DNA of 64,000 nucleotides from Zygnema circumcarinatum SAG 698-1b. Lineage: Eukaryota > Plantae > Zygnematophyceae. The translations under genes were made by a program, and so were the position numbers. Below the pieces are notes generated by a model, which was not told the origin of the DNA, searched no databases, and was given only the letters and a program-made list of their open reading frames with translations. Shown piece after piece: positions 12,542 through 25,305 of the stretch (position 1 is its first letter; each line of letters begins with the position of its first letter). The stretch covers positions 372,001-436,000 of the forward strand of contig CM074814.1 of NCBI GenBank assembly GCA_037447605.1, in the 5' to 3' direction.

Positions 12542-14138
12542 ATGGAGGATGCAGTGACGCGTCTTGTATTGCTACCAAACAGCCTCCTCTGCGCGTCGGT
12601 GGGAGCGACAATCGGTGGATGGTTGGGGGCTCTGGGCGTGAGAGTGGACGGTGAGTCGCACTTCCTGCTGCGCGGAGCGTACAGGGGAGCGATTTCCTTT
12701 GGAGCGGCGGGCTGGAAACTCCCGGAGACCATTCTCAGGCAGGCGGCCATGGACTCCGCTGCAAGGAATGGAGGAGGAGGAGGCAGGTTGCTGCTGTCGC
12801 CGTCTGTGATCCCGTGAGTGCTGCAAGATTTGGAGGCTGCTGCTGCATGGAGGATGTCGACTTGAATGAAAAAACTTTAACAGCACAAGTTCCGATCCAG
12901 AAATCGACTAAAGGATTTATATCCTTGTTAAGGTCCTGTTTTTAAAGCAGGACGTTGTCGCCGAAATCCTTCGTTATTAAAGTCGTCAGTGCATCGGAAG
13001 GATTTTCGTTTTGTTGGTTTCTTCCCTGAGTTAAATCTGTTTGGACGAGCCCCTGTAGATGAGGCGGTTGCCGTTTTTCCTTTTTCAATTTGCGAATTCA
13101 ACTAAATTAAATTATCAGTTTCTCAAGCGATTGTCGAAGAAGCAACTTTCAAACCATCAGCAGTTCTGAATTTAAGCCTGTCTACCCCTGATCCTTAAGT
13201 CAACCTAATCTGTCAAATGCTAATCCTTAACCATTCGATTAAAATTCTGAGCAGGAGCTTGTTTCTTGCGTGTGTGGGTGGCAGAAGCAATCCGGTGCAG
13301 CTGCAGCTAGACCTCCCTCGCCTGCAGCACTACAGCGCCAAGCTGCAGGACATTCGCATGCAGCATGCGGAGGAGGTCAAGAAACTGAGGGAGGTCGTCG
13401 AGTTTCATCAGGTCAGTCGTTAAACATGCTCTTTATGACCCTTGTTTTGACTGTATTGTTTTTCCTATGGCGACCCTTTCTTTTCAATTTTCTTGCGTAA
13501 CTAAACGGATATAGGCAAGTAACAAATATATATATGTATTTTTTTGTGATTCAATAACTGCAGAGGAAGGCAGAGGACGCTATCCTGGCGGCCGCTGCTG
13601 CCAGTGCAAAGGTGGCGGAACTTCAGAGTTTGTTTGAGGTCAGTCACAATGCTTAACCGTAGTTGCAGCACAATTATAGTATACTGATGAGAAATATTCT
13701 CTCTCTTCCCCCTCTCCCTCAATATCCCTCTTCAAATCTATCTCTCTCGCCCTCTCCCTCTCCCTCTTCCTCCGCCCACATCTTCCCCTCCCCTCCCCCC
13801 ACCCCCACCATTTCCTTTCGGACTCTCAAGTGAATGTTACATGGCTTACCGTCTGATTCCACCTTCCTATCTCTTCCTTCTTTATCTCTATACCGTCCCT
13901 TCTCGCGTTGCTACAGCTCGAGGAATCGTCGATCGAAAAGCAGCTGGTTGCCTTATCTCGCAACCGCTCTGCCCGCGCAGCTCGTGCTGTCGGCAGGCCC
14001 CGCCTCGAGTCCGGATTCGGCTCTGATGATGGCCGGCAACAGCCTGAACTCGGCCGCCAAATGTCTCCCCTGGAGAAGTCCCCTCAACCATTGAGGGAAG
14101 TGGAGAGAGCCGACGAGCGCCCAGGGGAGGGAGCGTAA
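12542..14138 (+). CDS. Hypothetical 231-aa protein: Gly-rich hydrophobic N-terminus and coiled-coil
   Basis: Four phase-compatible GT-AG exons (12542-12813, 13285-13411, 13564-13638, 13917-14138) give a continuous 696-nt frame. Confidence 0.75.
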
Positions 14139-14990
14139 GCCAAGTCTTCTTGGATACCAATGACAATGTCTTTACAAATAAGCAAATAAGACTCATCTCG
14201 AATGGAAAAATAGGTCTTATAGTTTAGCCTGCATGCTGCAGCAGATGTTCGAGAGGAGAGAAAGAAAGAGAGGGAGTGCGGGAGAGCGAGGGAGATGCAT
14301 CTGGGAGGGAAACGGAGGGGAGAGGAGGCGAGCATAGTGTGCGCAAGGCAGAGCCGGTTCTGAGCCGATGTTTATTGTTGAAGCAGGCCATACGAAGGCT
14401 GTTCGTATATCTTTTGCCGAAAAATTCACAACTTTTTCTACAACCAAAACGGAAAATCAAATGTTTGCTTTCTATATTATATGCGCCATACGTGTCTATG
14501 GTCTGTACATTTCCTGCGGGTGCGAGTGCGACATGTTCTTAATCCATATGTATATCATGCGCATTTAACATGCGTGTGCTATTCGGTTCAGGCAGACGAC
14601 ATGCATAACCTCCATGCAGAATTCATGGATCTCATCAATCGGCCATGAAGGTCATTTCACCGTTCCTCCCAGGTTTACCAATTTATTCAGCAGAAGGTCA
14701 AATTCTTCGTCTCCTTCACCAAAAGATACTCAACTCTTAAAAACGCATTCTGAATGCTCCGGGCTTCCGACCTTCCTTTTCGGCCTTTTAAGCAGCAGAA
14801 GCAAAAACTATCAGTTTACCCTAAATCCTCGATACTGATTTACATCGAATTACAGAAAGAATGTAACTTCGCCAGTTGTCAATTTAATCCTAGCATCATA
14901 CATGGATACATACGTAGCCAAAACCTGCTATTGAAGATGAAAGGCCTTTCTTAACCATACTCCCCCTTGACCCACATATTATAATCATAC

Positions 14991-17900
14991 CTAGTTCCCA
15001 TCGACCAACAAACTATAATCATTGAATTCTGCCGCTCGATACTCCGCCTTGAAAATCGCCTTGAACTGCGTCGTCGCCTCCTGCGCCATCCCCAACTGAA
15101 TGTCGAACCCCTGCATTTGAGAATTCAGTGTGGCAATTTCGGCCCTCTGAATGCCAATGCTCGACTTGGGGCAGGACTTAAACTTTGGGAGCATGCTGTA
15201 GATCGGCGATGTGTAATCAGAAACCCCAAAATCGCTGTTCGCCATGTCGTCAAACCCTGCCAAGCTCCCTGTTATGGGAAAAATCTTCATTGGATTCATG
15301 TTGGGCACCGTTGTGTAGTTGCTGCACTGGCCGTAATACGGAGGGTTGTAACGCGTGCCGTCGACGATGATGTACTCAACGCTGTTCCCTGTGGGCAGGC
15401 CGCTACAGTTTCCGGTGAACCATGGATCGGAGCCGAGCGTGTTGGGGGGGTTGCATTGGAAGCCATTGTATGAGGTTTGATCGCATAGTCTTGAAAGCCA
15501 TGGCGCGATCTGAGACAAAAACAACAACTTGTTGTTAATGCGTTTCATGTTGTTTCATGTCAACCATGTTTGCATGTTCGTAACTAAGTTTAGTCATTTA
15601 AGCAATAACATAGGATGGAGTTTGGGCTACTACATGAATCTGACCTGGTTCCATGCTTGGGTGTTGTAGTACTTCCAATACATCTCCATCCAGTAGCTCC
15701 CAGGCTTGGTCAGACAGTTGTTGGCGCTTGGATTCTGGCAACTTATGATCCCAACCGTCCATGTGATGTTCTTGTGCACGATCCCCGTCACCACGTTACT
15801 GCTCAACACAAGATAAAATGAACGTAAGTGACATTGAACATGAACCCAAAACCCCACTTCAAGGCTGCTCGTTAGCCTCATTGGATCATACAATTTCATC
15901 AACATTCGATAAAGAAACACCATTGACTCATTCATTCAGTTCAGGTTTTTTTTATTCCTTCAGACATCCAAAAGTAAAAAACATCCTGTCTTACTTTTTG
16001 CCGTTGTTTATCTTCACTCCATCTTGGGTACGTTCGCAGATCCCCCCTTCTACTCGAACTCCGCTTGACGCGTAGTCAATGTAAATGCAATGCTTCCCTC
16101 CAACGATGTGGTTGCAGGATACATAATTTGCTGCAACCCAACTTCACCTTAATGTTTAAAACCAGAGCCATCAGTAACGATATCAGACATTAAAGATAAC
16201 ATAAAAAAGGGTTTTTAGGGTTTTTGACATGGCTGCAAATCAACTCTGTATTTGAGATTCTGTATTGGAATACCTGGATTGACCCAATGTGTGTTGAAGT
16301 AGATCCCCGCTCCATCCCCCCAGTACTTAACAAAGGGCTCCGTGTATATGAGGTTGTGCGTGAAAGTGTTGAGCATGCAGTCCGCCACGTTGTGCACGTT
16401 CATGCCGCACTGTATGCCCATCACAGAGAAGTTGTGAATCTCGTTGTTGCGGATAGTGATGCCTACCGCCATGTAGTAAAGCAGGACTCCAATCGAGTTC
16501 CCTGTAAAGGTCCCAACAGCAGGGTATTAGGGAGGGGAGGGAGATGACGTGAGGCGGAGATGAGATAAGAAAGTAGAGAAAGAAAGAGGAGAGGGCGAGG
16601 GAAAGAGAAAGCATAGGGAGAAACAATGCCCATACATATAGCAGACAAATCGAGAGGGAGAGAGCGAGAGAGAGCGAGAGAGAGCGAGAGAGAGCGCGAA
16701 GGAGGGAGAGAGAGAGAGGATTGTACTAAGACAGAGGCAAACGTAACGCTGGTGGGACTCTAAGACCCTCCTCCATCTACATCCCACATACCCGAAATGT
16801 CGCTGTTTGAAATGATGTTGTCGGAGCGGATCAAGTTTTGCGCATTTCCGCAGTACGAGAAGCGCACCACTCCTGGACACGAGACCGAGCCCGGATAGAG
16901 CGCCTGATTCGCTCCTTGCAGCCCCGGGGCGAACAGAGTCATGGAGTCGATGTGCACTGTTGTCGAAGCAATCACATCCGTTCGACCGTAAACTGAGCCC
17001 TGAATAGGATTTAAAAAACAAAACGTAGAGAAGCAAAAAACCCAAGTAAGAAAGTTGAAACTGGAAGCATTAGAAGAGGCACAAGGGCGGGGTAGAAAGG
17101 GGGGGGGGGGGGGGNNNNNNNNNNGGGGGGGGGGGGGGGGTGTGGGAGAGAGCAGAGACGAAAGAGCTGCAGATGGAGAAAGGGAAGAAGAAGAAGAAGT
17201 CTGTCAGAGAGCCCCTTACCGCTGCTATATCGATCCCATAGCTCTGCCATATAAAGACCGCCGGACATGAATTAACTCCGCTGAAATCCGGCATGTTCAA
17301 GCAAGCAGGGGAAGACTCCGTCGCCGCAATCCTCACATCAATTCCGTAGAAAAACACATTGTTCGTTCTCCAGAACAAAACCGCAGGTTGAAGATCGCTC
17401 TTATATTCAAGCTGTGGGTTGACCCCCGGATTCAAGGGGCGAATCGAAGTGCAAGACCACTCGTCCCCACTCATATTAAGCGGCTTTGAGAGAGTAATGT
17501 CCCCTGAAATCAGCAAATAAACCGTTGTTTTGTTCACGTATTGGAGGCGGCCGTACAGATCCTCCTCTGTGCCCGCAACCACTATTACAGGTGTGCGCGT
17601 ACAGCCGGTGGGTGCGCGCACCGGGTCGGCATTTGTGGGGTCCGCCGTATCCATGTCCGGCAGTCGGACGATCAGTTTTTCCTGCCTTTCGAGGCGGCTG
17701 CGATCTGGGGCACAAATGAAGTCAAAGGGTCAAAAGAAAGATGAAAGAAAAGAAAGGTGAAAAGAAAGAAAGAAAGATGTAGAACGGAAGCAGAACGGAA
17801 ACGGAGACGGAGGGAGAAAGAAGGCGAGATTAGAACGGGTGAGGGAGAAGGGGGAAGAGTGGGAGAGGGAGAGAGAGAGGGAGAGGGAGAGGGTGAGGGA

Positions 17901-18428
17901 GAAAGGGGGAGAGTGGGAGAGAGAGAGAGAGGGGGAGGGAGAGGGTGAGGGAGAAGGGGGGAGAGTGGGTGAGAGAGAGAGAGGGGGAGAGGGAGAGGGA
18001 GAGAGTGAGGGAGAAGGGGGGAGAGTGTGGGAGAGAGAGAGAGGGGGAGAGGGAGAGGGTGAGGGAGAAGAGGGGAGAGTGGGAGAGAGATTGAGAGAGA
18101 GAGAGGGAGGGGGAGAGGGTGATGGGAATGGGAATTGGAGGGGTTAGTTTGGGAGAATTGAAATAGGTTTTAGTTTGGGTTGTGGGTTTGAGAGGATCAG
18201 GGAAGTATCTAAATTTTTGGATTCCGTGGGTTTTTTGGAACGAAAAAAAATAATAACAAAAAAACAAATGGAAACTTGTATTTTAAAAGATATTGTTGAT
18301 TTCCAGTATTTTTTTTGTCAAGTTTTTAAGCATTTCAAGAAGGGGTGGAGAGCTAGACACCCACCGATGACTATGGCGGAGACTCTGGCCGTAAAATGAA
18401 CCGCCAAAAGGAGAACTGCATAGAACGC
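14991..18428 (-). CDS. Secreted right-handed parallel beta-helix (pectin-lyase-like fold) protein, copy A1
   Basis: Exons about 18365-18428 (signal-peptide part), 17220-17704, 16792-16999, 16274-16501, 15995-16130, 15645-15798, 14991-15509. Beta-helix turns ITIRNNEIHN and NTFTHNLIY; motifs DGAGIY and CIYIDYASSG. Paralog at 32756-36157 has the same intron positions. Start exon unresolved. Confidence 0.82.
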
Positions 18429-19519
18429 CTGTCATGGCAAAATTCCGTTACATTTCCGTTAGCTCATATCTCAGTTAGAAATCGACATACGAGAAACAAT
18501 CGAGCCTACCTCTCTCCCAGACAAAAAAAAAAAAAACACTTTACTTTTCTAAATTTATTTATTAGATAAAGAAACTCTACCGAACACAACAGAAAAGGAA
18601 TTTTTTAATTATTCCCTGCATTTTTTTTCCATCCTTGGAAAATCCTCTACCGTGCTTTCCCTCTCCTTAATTTCCTAACCAAAATATTATTCAAGGCTAG
18701 CATGCCGATGGGCAGCTATTCTGAGAAAATAACAGACCTACGAAATTTGATGTACTCGAGATAATTTCTGAACATGACCGGAATTCACAAGAAACGTCGA
18801 ATTCAAAAAAAAAATGTTCATTGAAAAACCCAAAACCAGATGCGGAGGATAAAAATCACCAGAATAAGTGAAGAAGGCGAAACTGAAGCTCTCCCCATCT
18901 CTCCCCAACACTCCTCTTTCTTTATCCGTCTCCCCCGGCTGCCACTCCCGCTCCCTCTCTCTTTTCTCTCTTTCTCCTTCTCCCTCTCCCTCTTTCACTC
19001 TTCCTTGCCTTGTCTCTCTCTCTCCCCCTCGAATTCTTGCTCTCCCTCTTTCACCCTTCTCCGTCTCTCCCTCTCCCTCTCCCTCTCCCTCTCCCTCTCC
19101 CTCTCCCTCTCCCTCTCTCCCTCTCCCTCTCCCTCTCCCTCTCCCTCTCCCTCCTCCCTCTCCCTCTCCCTCTCCCTCTCCCTCTCCCTCTCCCTCTCCC
19201 TCTCCCTCTCCCTCTCCCTCTCCTCTCCCTCTCCCTCTCCCTCCTCCCTCTCCCTCTCCCTCTCCCTCTCCCTCTCCTCTCCCTCTCCCTCTCCCTCTCC
19301 TCCCTCTCCCTCCCCTTTCCCTCCCCTCTCCCTGCCCTTTCCCTCCCCTCTCCCTCCTCTCCCTCTCTCCTTTCTCCCCTCTCCCTCCCTCCCTCTCTCC
19401 CTCTCCCAGAGCCGACCCTTTAATTCGGCGCGCTGTGGCGGTTCCCGTCCCTTCCCCCCCCCTCGCTCCGCCGCCATCCGGCCCGGCGCCACCCCGGGGC
19501 GGTGCTATGCGTCAAAACA

Positions 19520-20398
19520 TGTCGGTGGAGCGATTTCAGGGATACGACAGGATTCAAGACAGAATCTACCTGCGGGCCGTTTGTCGTATTTGAGATCCTA
19601 AGATCCTGATATGAGATTCTGTAGGGTGGTTTGTCGATTCTGGACGGTGGGAAAAATGCCAGCTGGCAAAAGGTTACATCTGGGCCGTCGATTTGCAAGT
19701 TGGTCCTAAACGACAGATTTGGTTTGCCGGACAAAATCTGTTGAGATTTGTTTGAGGATCTGTCTTTTCTGGGTCCTTAAAAACGAAGCGTCTTTGCCAG
19801 GTGGCAAGTGCTGACACGTACACGAGTGGTCCGATTTGGCGTATCTTCGATTTGTCGCTTTGGCAAAAATGACAAACTGGATTCTCCCAATCGTATGCAG
19901 ATGCGCGCCACGTGGAAATTTGTACGGGCACAATTTTCAACTTGCCATTCAGGGACTGACACGTTTTGTCGTTTTGAGGACACGTCTGAGAATAACATTT
20001 TCCTCGGCAGCTCCAAAAAGCTAGAAACCGAAAACCTTCGAAGTGTCGAAATGTCGATGGAATGTCGGTGGAGACTGCACTGGATCCACAATCTGCGCCA
20101 CCGACCATTTTGGGCCGACATTTCCAGCCACTGATTGCGGAGTGCTCACCACGTGTACAAAAGTCAACTTTTTCATCGACATTGAATATTGGCCACCGAC
20201 AAACCGACCAAACTTTCAACGGCCACTCGACGACGGCGCGCCCCCTTAGGGACTCGACCACACACCACCGACCGTCAGATTTAGCAGCCAATCGCAGGGC
20301 TTCGCTACGCGTGTGGCATGTGCGAGAGCGGACATTGATTCGCGGATCGGGAAGTTGAGAAGTGGCGGCCACCCGTGGCAAATGTCGGCGAATGTCGG
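19520..20398. promoter_or_regulatory. Shared bidirectional promoter region of A1/B1, rich in TGTCGG
   Basis: Six TGTCGG/CCGACA (19520, 20063, 20115, 20196, 20383, 20393), two G-boxes, and an inverted repeat ATACGACA...TGTCGTAT (19542-19589). Confidence 0.5.
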
Positions 20399-20998
20399 CC
20401 ATCGACACGCGGGAAAATTTGATGCCGACGTTAAAGCGCGATGATGGGGAGTAGGATGATGGGAGAGAGGGAGAGAGGGAGAGAGGGAGAGAGGGAGAGA
20501 GGGAGAGAGGGAGAGAGGGAGAGAGGGAGAGAGGGAGAGAGGAGAAAGGTTGGGTGAGGGAGGGAGGGAGGGAGGGAGGGAGGGAGGGAGGGAGGGAGGG
20601 AGGGAGGGAGGGAGAGAGAGGGAGGGAGGGGGATTCCCAGAGAGAGGAAGGCGAGCGTGGCAGAAGGAGGTGACAGGGAGTTTGAAAGGCAAGGAAGCGC
20701 TACTTTAACCGACCAGGTAAGGATCGTTGCACTGACTCAAGTGATTAAATCTAAACATGTACATATATATTTTCGTAAACATAAACATGGCATACATGTT
20801 GCATAGATTAACACTTCATTTCCATTGATTAGACATCTAATGTTTGACATGAACGAGGATTTTCTCTCTCTTTCTGATGTGTATTCATTCCTCTTTCTAC
20901 AGATTCCCGTTCCCCCTAACGGAACCACGACATCACATAGAACACCCCCCCCCCCCCCTTCCCTCCCTCCCTCCCTTTCCAAATCCTCGCTTTCCACC

Positions 20999-23012
20999 AT
21001 GGAAGCTTCAACGAAACCTCCCTTTCTCCATCTCCTGCTCCTCCTCTCCTTAGCCTTAATCCTGACCCCCCAACCGGCTCTCAGCCAATCAGCTCTGGGC
21101 TTCCCGATAGGGTTTATCGGTGCCGACGTGTACAACTCCACCAGCAAAGGGTTCAGCACCAAAGCCTTCCTCATAAACCTCAACCGTCAATCCACCGTTG
21201 GTCCCGGAGCGAGCGCCTCCGTCGACCCCCGCGCCGTCGTCACCGCATGTGCCCTGTCGCCCATAACGGCGCTCAGTTACCTGACCAGTTTACAGAAGTA
21301 CCTCAGCGTAGTGGCGCTCAGTTCGACAGGGATCCGTTCCAGTTCACGCTTAACTACCCCGATCCGTGCCTCTCTTGTTGACGTGTCGTCCGATGGTTCG
21401 ACGTTACTTGTGGCAGACGCCGTTTACGGCGACGGCGCCGTTCTACTGAGCGCCGACGGAACGGCGAGCAGTACGGTCGTCACAAGGACATCCTGTTCGG
21501 CTGTAGGCTTTTGTGGAAACTCATCCATAGTTCTCTCATGCTCTAGCGACAACATTACATGGACAATCTACTCGTTGGAAGTTGATGGGCTCACTATATA
21601 CCCCTTCTCGTCTCAAACCAGGAGCTTCACCATTGACTATAAGCCCCTCCAACTGACATGTTCTCCGGGAGCAGTGAAGAATGGGGTGGGATTTTTGGCT
21701 GTTTTATCTTCAAAGGGAAGCCTATATACCTACCCGTGGCCCTTATCCTCGACTGTGAAAACAAAATCCTCTCTCTCTCCAAATTTGTCACCGAATTCGT
21801 TTGCGTTTGACAGTGCGAACAATCGAATTTTAGCGACTATGGGAGGGTCAGACCTTTCGCCGTTCAGCCTCACGATCGACTATTTTAAGTATTCGGAGTC
21901 AGGCGGGGCATCGTCGAAGAACGCAAACTCCTTCAAGATCGCGACGGAGTCATCAATCGGTATGTTCACTTTCAGACTTCTATGGAGCTTAATCTCTCTC
22001 GCCCTCTTTCTCTCTCTCTCTCTCTCGCTCTCTCCCTTTCTCTGTCCCTCCTATTCTTGTCTCATTCTATTTTGCGCTCTCACCTTTCTCGTTCGCTTTC
22101 TCTCTCGTGCCTGCTATTCTTCTTTCTTTTCAGCTTTACACCCCTCTCCCGCCCCCTCTCTCTCCCCACCTCTCCTCCCTGTGTCTCGTTTTGAAGATCT
22201 TTCCCCCTCCTCCCTCCATCATCACTCTCTCCCCTTCGTCTGTCTCCCCCATCCTTTGTCACTTACTATCTCACAAATCTCCTCTCCTTTCCTCGTGTTA
22301 ACAGGAGGCCAGATCATCGTTTACCCATATCCAAATTACGCCTATGTAGCAGTTCCTGAAGGAATACTCACTCTCCCTCTCGCGAAAGACAGCAACGGAA
22401 TGTCATCACTTTGGGGACTGGAAACGTCCGAGTTCGGGAACTACCAGCCTTATGCTCTTTGCTCTCAGCCATATGTGCTTCCTGCCTCTCCTCCCCCACC
22501 TTCCCCTCCCCCCCTGCCTCCCTCCCCTCCCCCCCCTTCTCCTCCTCCTTCCCCGCCTGCTCCTCCTCCACCTCCAGGTACTCCCAAGAATCTCGAAGCA
22601 AACCACCCCTCTTATTAACATAGTATCGTCTCTAATGTTTCAGATTTTGTAAAAATCAATTGCAGTAACCTTACAATTCCTCCATCCATGCCTTGGAAAG
22701 ACGGGTCAAAAGAACCTTCCTTACCTCTAATCTAACACGTTACTTCACCTGCTCTTTGCAGAATACTGCGGCCACATTATCCCCAACTACTTCTTCACTC
22801 CACAGTTCAACTACTGGAAGAGCGGCGAAACAATTGGAGTGTTTGTACAACCCAAAACAGTGTCTGAATGTGCGACTATGTGCAACACGACGCCGGGATG
22901 TTACGGCTTCTCTTACAGAAGCAAGGGCTGCTACATAAGAAGTGCTCCAAGTGGGCTTCCGTGGGTGGACCTCACAACCGATGCATATTTTTTGTGCAAA
23001 TACTTGCCCTAA
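20999..23012 (+). CDS. Secreted chimeric protein: beta-propeller-like domain + short extensin-like Ser-Pro linker + PAN/Apple domain, copy B1
   Basis: Exons 20999-21959, 22305-22577, 22762-23012. Signal peptide MEASTKPPFLHLLLLLSLALIL; VDVSSDGSTLLVAD blade-like segment; SPPPPSPPP run; PAN-type cysteine pattern SECATMCNTTPGCYGFSY...GCYI. Paralog at 37508-40162. Confidence 0.85.
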
Positions 23013-23377
23013 TGATATTCAGAACGACCGACTCATAATGTAGAAGAAGTATTCATGCAGTAGAGTCCGACCCATAATGTAGAGAAGTATGCTATGCATG
23101 CAATAGGTGAGTGCAGGTAGGTGCGGAGTATTCTGAGCAGACCAGGTCGTCCTTTTCATGTCTTTGCGCAACTCTTTTTGCGCACATAATCTATGGGTAG
23201 AGGGGGAACGGGCTTTATCTCTTGTACTAAATATTGCAGCAGCTCACATTTATTGTCTCTCCCTGTCTCTCTCTCTCGCGCTCTCTCTCTCCCTCCCCCT
23301 CTCTCTCCCTCTCCCTCTCCTTCTGCCTCTCTCTCGGGAGAGAGGGAGAGAGGGAGAGAGAGAAAGAGAGATCACAC

Positions 23378-24137
23378 ATTTTGTTGGTGCTCCTTCAGCA
23401 TTGTGGGGCCCTTCAAGCCATGCATTGGAGTGGCTATAGCTCTCTGACCCACCACCTGAGAACCTAAAAACCCTAAAAACCCTAAAAACACTGAAAACCC
23501 TGTGACATCCACAAAAGCACAGAATCAGCCAAGAGTATTTCAGAAAGAAATTTGCACAACTGCTGTGTCATATGCAGCAAGGTGATGAGATCTAAGCAAT
23601 AACTGACGTCATTCCTTCCTTCACAATGTCGACCCCTTCCCCTGAAAACAATTTCGATCCATGCACCTGCCCTGCTTTTGCAGGAGTTGAGCAAGGTGAA
23701 AAAATCCTGGGTTTACAGAATAGTGAATAGTAGTTTTTCCTGGCAGCAGTGCTGCTGCTGAGGGAAGTGAGTAGCAGCCACACCTCAAGAATAGTAGAGG
23801 GGTCCAGTCCCGCCTTCGCTCTCAGAGCCAATCTTTCAGAGAACGACGCCATCATGCTGCATGATCAAACACAAACCATAAATGTCATGTGCTGCAACCT
23901 TAAAATTGGTCTCTCTCACTCTCCTTTCTCTCCCCTCTCCCCGCTCATCTCTTCCCTTTCTCTCTCTTCTCTTCCTCTTTCTCGTTCTGAATCCCTCCTC
24001 CCCCTCCCCCTCCCCCTCTCTCTCTCTATGGACGTAGAGCATATGTACATGCACACGCATGCATTTCGACACCTGCCCGTGACCATGTTCACCACCAGCC
24101 TCATGGCAGCGCCATTTCCGACCTCTCCAAGAAAGAA
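23378..24137 (-). pseudogene. GLYR2: Glyoxylate/succinic-semialdehyde reductase (GLYR2-like) pseudogene fragment, three exons with introns
   Basis: Exons 24073-24137 (FFLGEVGNGAAMRLVVNMVTG), 23784-23856 (SMMASFSERLALRAKAGLDPSTILE), 23378-23455 (VVGQRAIATPMHGLKGPTMLKEHQQN). No N-terminal NADP-binding domain; conserved Lys of AMKLVVN changed to Arg; the YPTAFPL segment is deleted. Confidence 0.85.
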
Positions 24138-24213
24138 CTAATGCCCAGATGGCAGAACCAGGGCCAACCGCAATGGCTTACCGGGCCCTTCGACCTTCTC
24201 ACCTGCAGCGGCC

Positions 24214-24492
24214 ATGGCGGCCGTAGTGACGCGCCTCCATAGGAGCCTGCCATGGCTTCCACCATTAGGAAGCGATTTTAGGGTTTCACCGGAGAAGGAG
24301 CTTCCTCCCAAGAGGGAAGACTTGGCCGCTGGGGCGGCCACGTGGCAGCATGTGAGGCCGAGCTCTCCCTCCCCCTCCCACTCCTGCAGCAACTGCATCC
24401 ATGCCCTTCCTACAGCTCCTCCAACCACTACCAAATCCGAAGCCGGAAAAAAAAAGACAAGTAAAAGCTTGGCGAAAGATAATATGAGATGA
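24214..24492 (+). pseudogene. Truncated duplicate of exon 1 of the neighbouring USP gene
   Basis: 24381-24445 aligns to 25776-25841 with 5 substitutions and 1 indel (SPSHSCSNCIHALPTAPPT vs SPSPSCSNSIHALATTPPT). Confidence 0.75.
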
Positions 24493-25305
24493 AGCGGCAA
24501 TGCGACCACCATACATAACATGTCCATGGACATGTGTCCATGTCCATGTCCATGTCCATGTCATGTCTATGCTGCTTCCAGAACCCGGCTGCTCTTGAGC
24601 CTGGAAGCAGATTCCAGCCATGCCTTTTCCTTTCGTCCTTTGGTCCTCGTGGTTCCCTATGTTGTTGTTGTTGAACATGCACATTTCATGCTATCGCCAT
24701 CGTGAGACCAATCCCAACTTCCTCTCTACCGTATGCCCAAAGTATTGTCAAAAGGACGATTTGCAATGTGCCCCGATCACACGCTCCCACTCTACAGACA
24801 TGTCCCTATCCTCTACTATCCATGAATGCCGCTTCGCCACGTATAAAAATTCGAGTACGTGGCGCCTTACCATTGGTTTAAACTCGGCGGAAGTTCACAG
24901 CGGAGACCCCGCCCGCCGTCGTCTCTCGGCCACTTCCCGCGCGCCACGTGGCACCTACACCATTTTTTCCGCGGACCTAGGGCTCAGAGTTGAGCTTCTT
25001 CCCTCGCACGTGTGGCCCCAACCTTGCATGTCGCCACGTGTCACTTCCTCCCTCCCTCCCTCGCTCCCCCCCTCCTCCCCGTCCTCTTCGCTGCTCCATC
25101 TTGGCTCTCGGTAGAGAAGGCAACCCTAATTTTCTCGAGATTCTCTAGAAGCCCTAATTTGCTCGTTCGCTCCCTCCCTCCCCCTTCTCTCTCTCTCTCT
25201 CTCTCTCCCCCTCGCCCTCTTTGCCTGTCTCTGTCTCCCTCCTGCCGCTATGGCATAGCAAGCTTCCAGGAGGGGCTAAGCTCGCAGGCTGCGCCTCTCC
25301 CAGCC

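Noticed and set aside
17757-19601. Long ORFs of poly-(SL), (SP), (ER), (GE); similar ones at 26910-27879, 45106-45897, 47138-47539, 51682-52788, 53863-54738, 55080-56081, 58999-60117
   Set aside because: GA/CT microsatellite tracts lack stop codons. They lie in introns or intergenic DNA; only the short embedded exons are coding.
23461-23502. (CCCTAAAAA)n telomere-like repeats, plus scattered AAACCCTA telo-boxes
   Set aside because: Only 2-3 imperfect units; common in plant introns and promoters.
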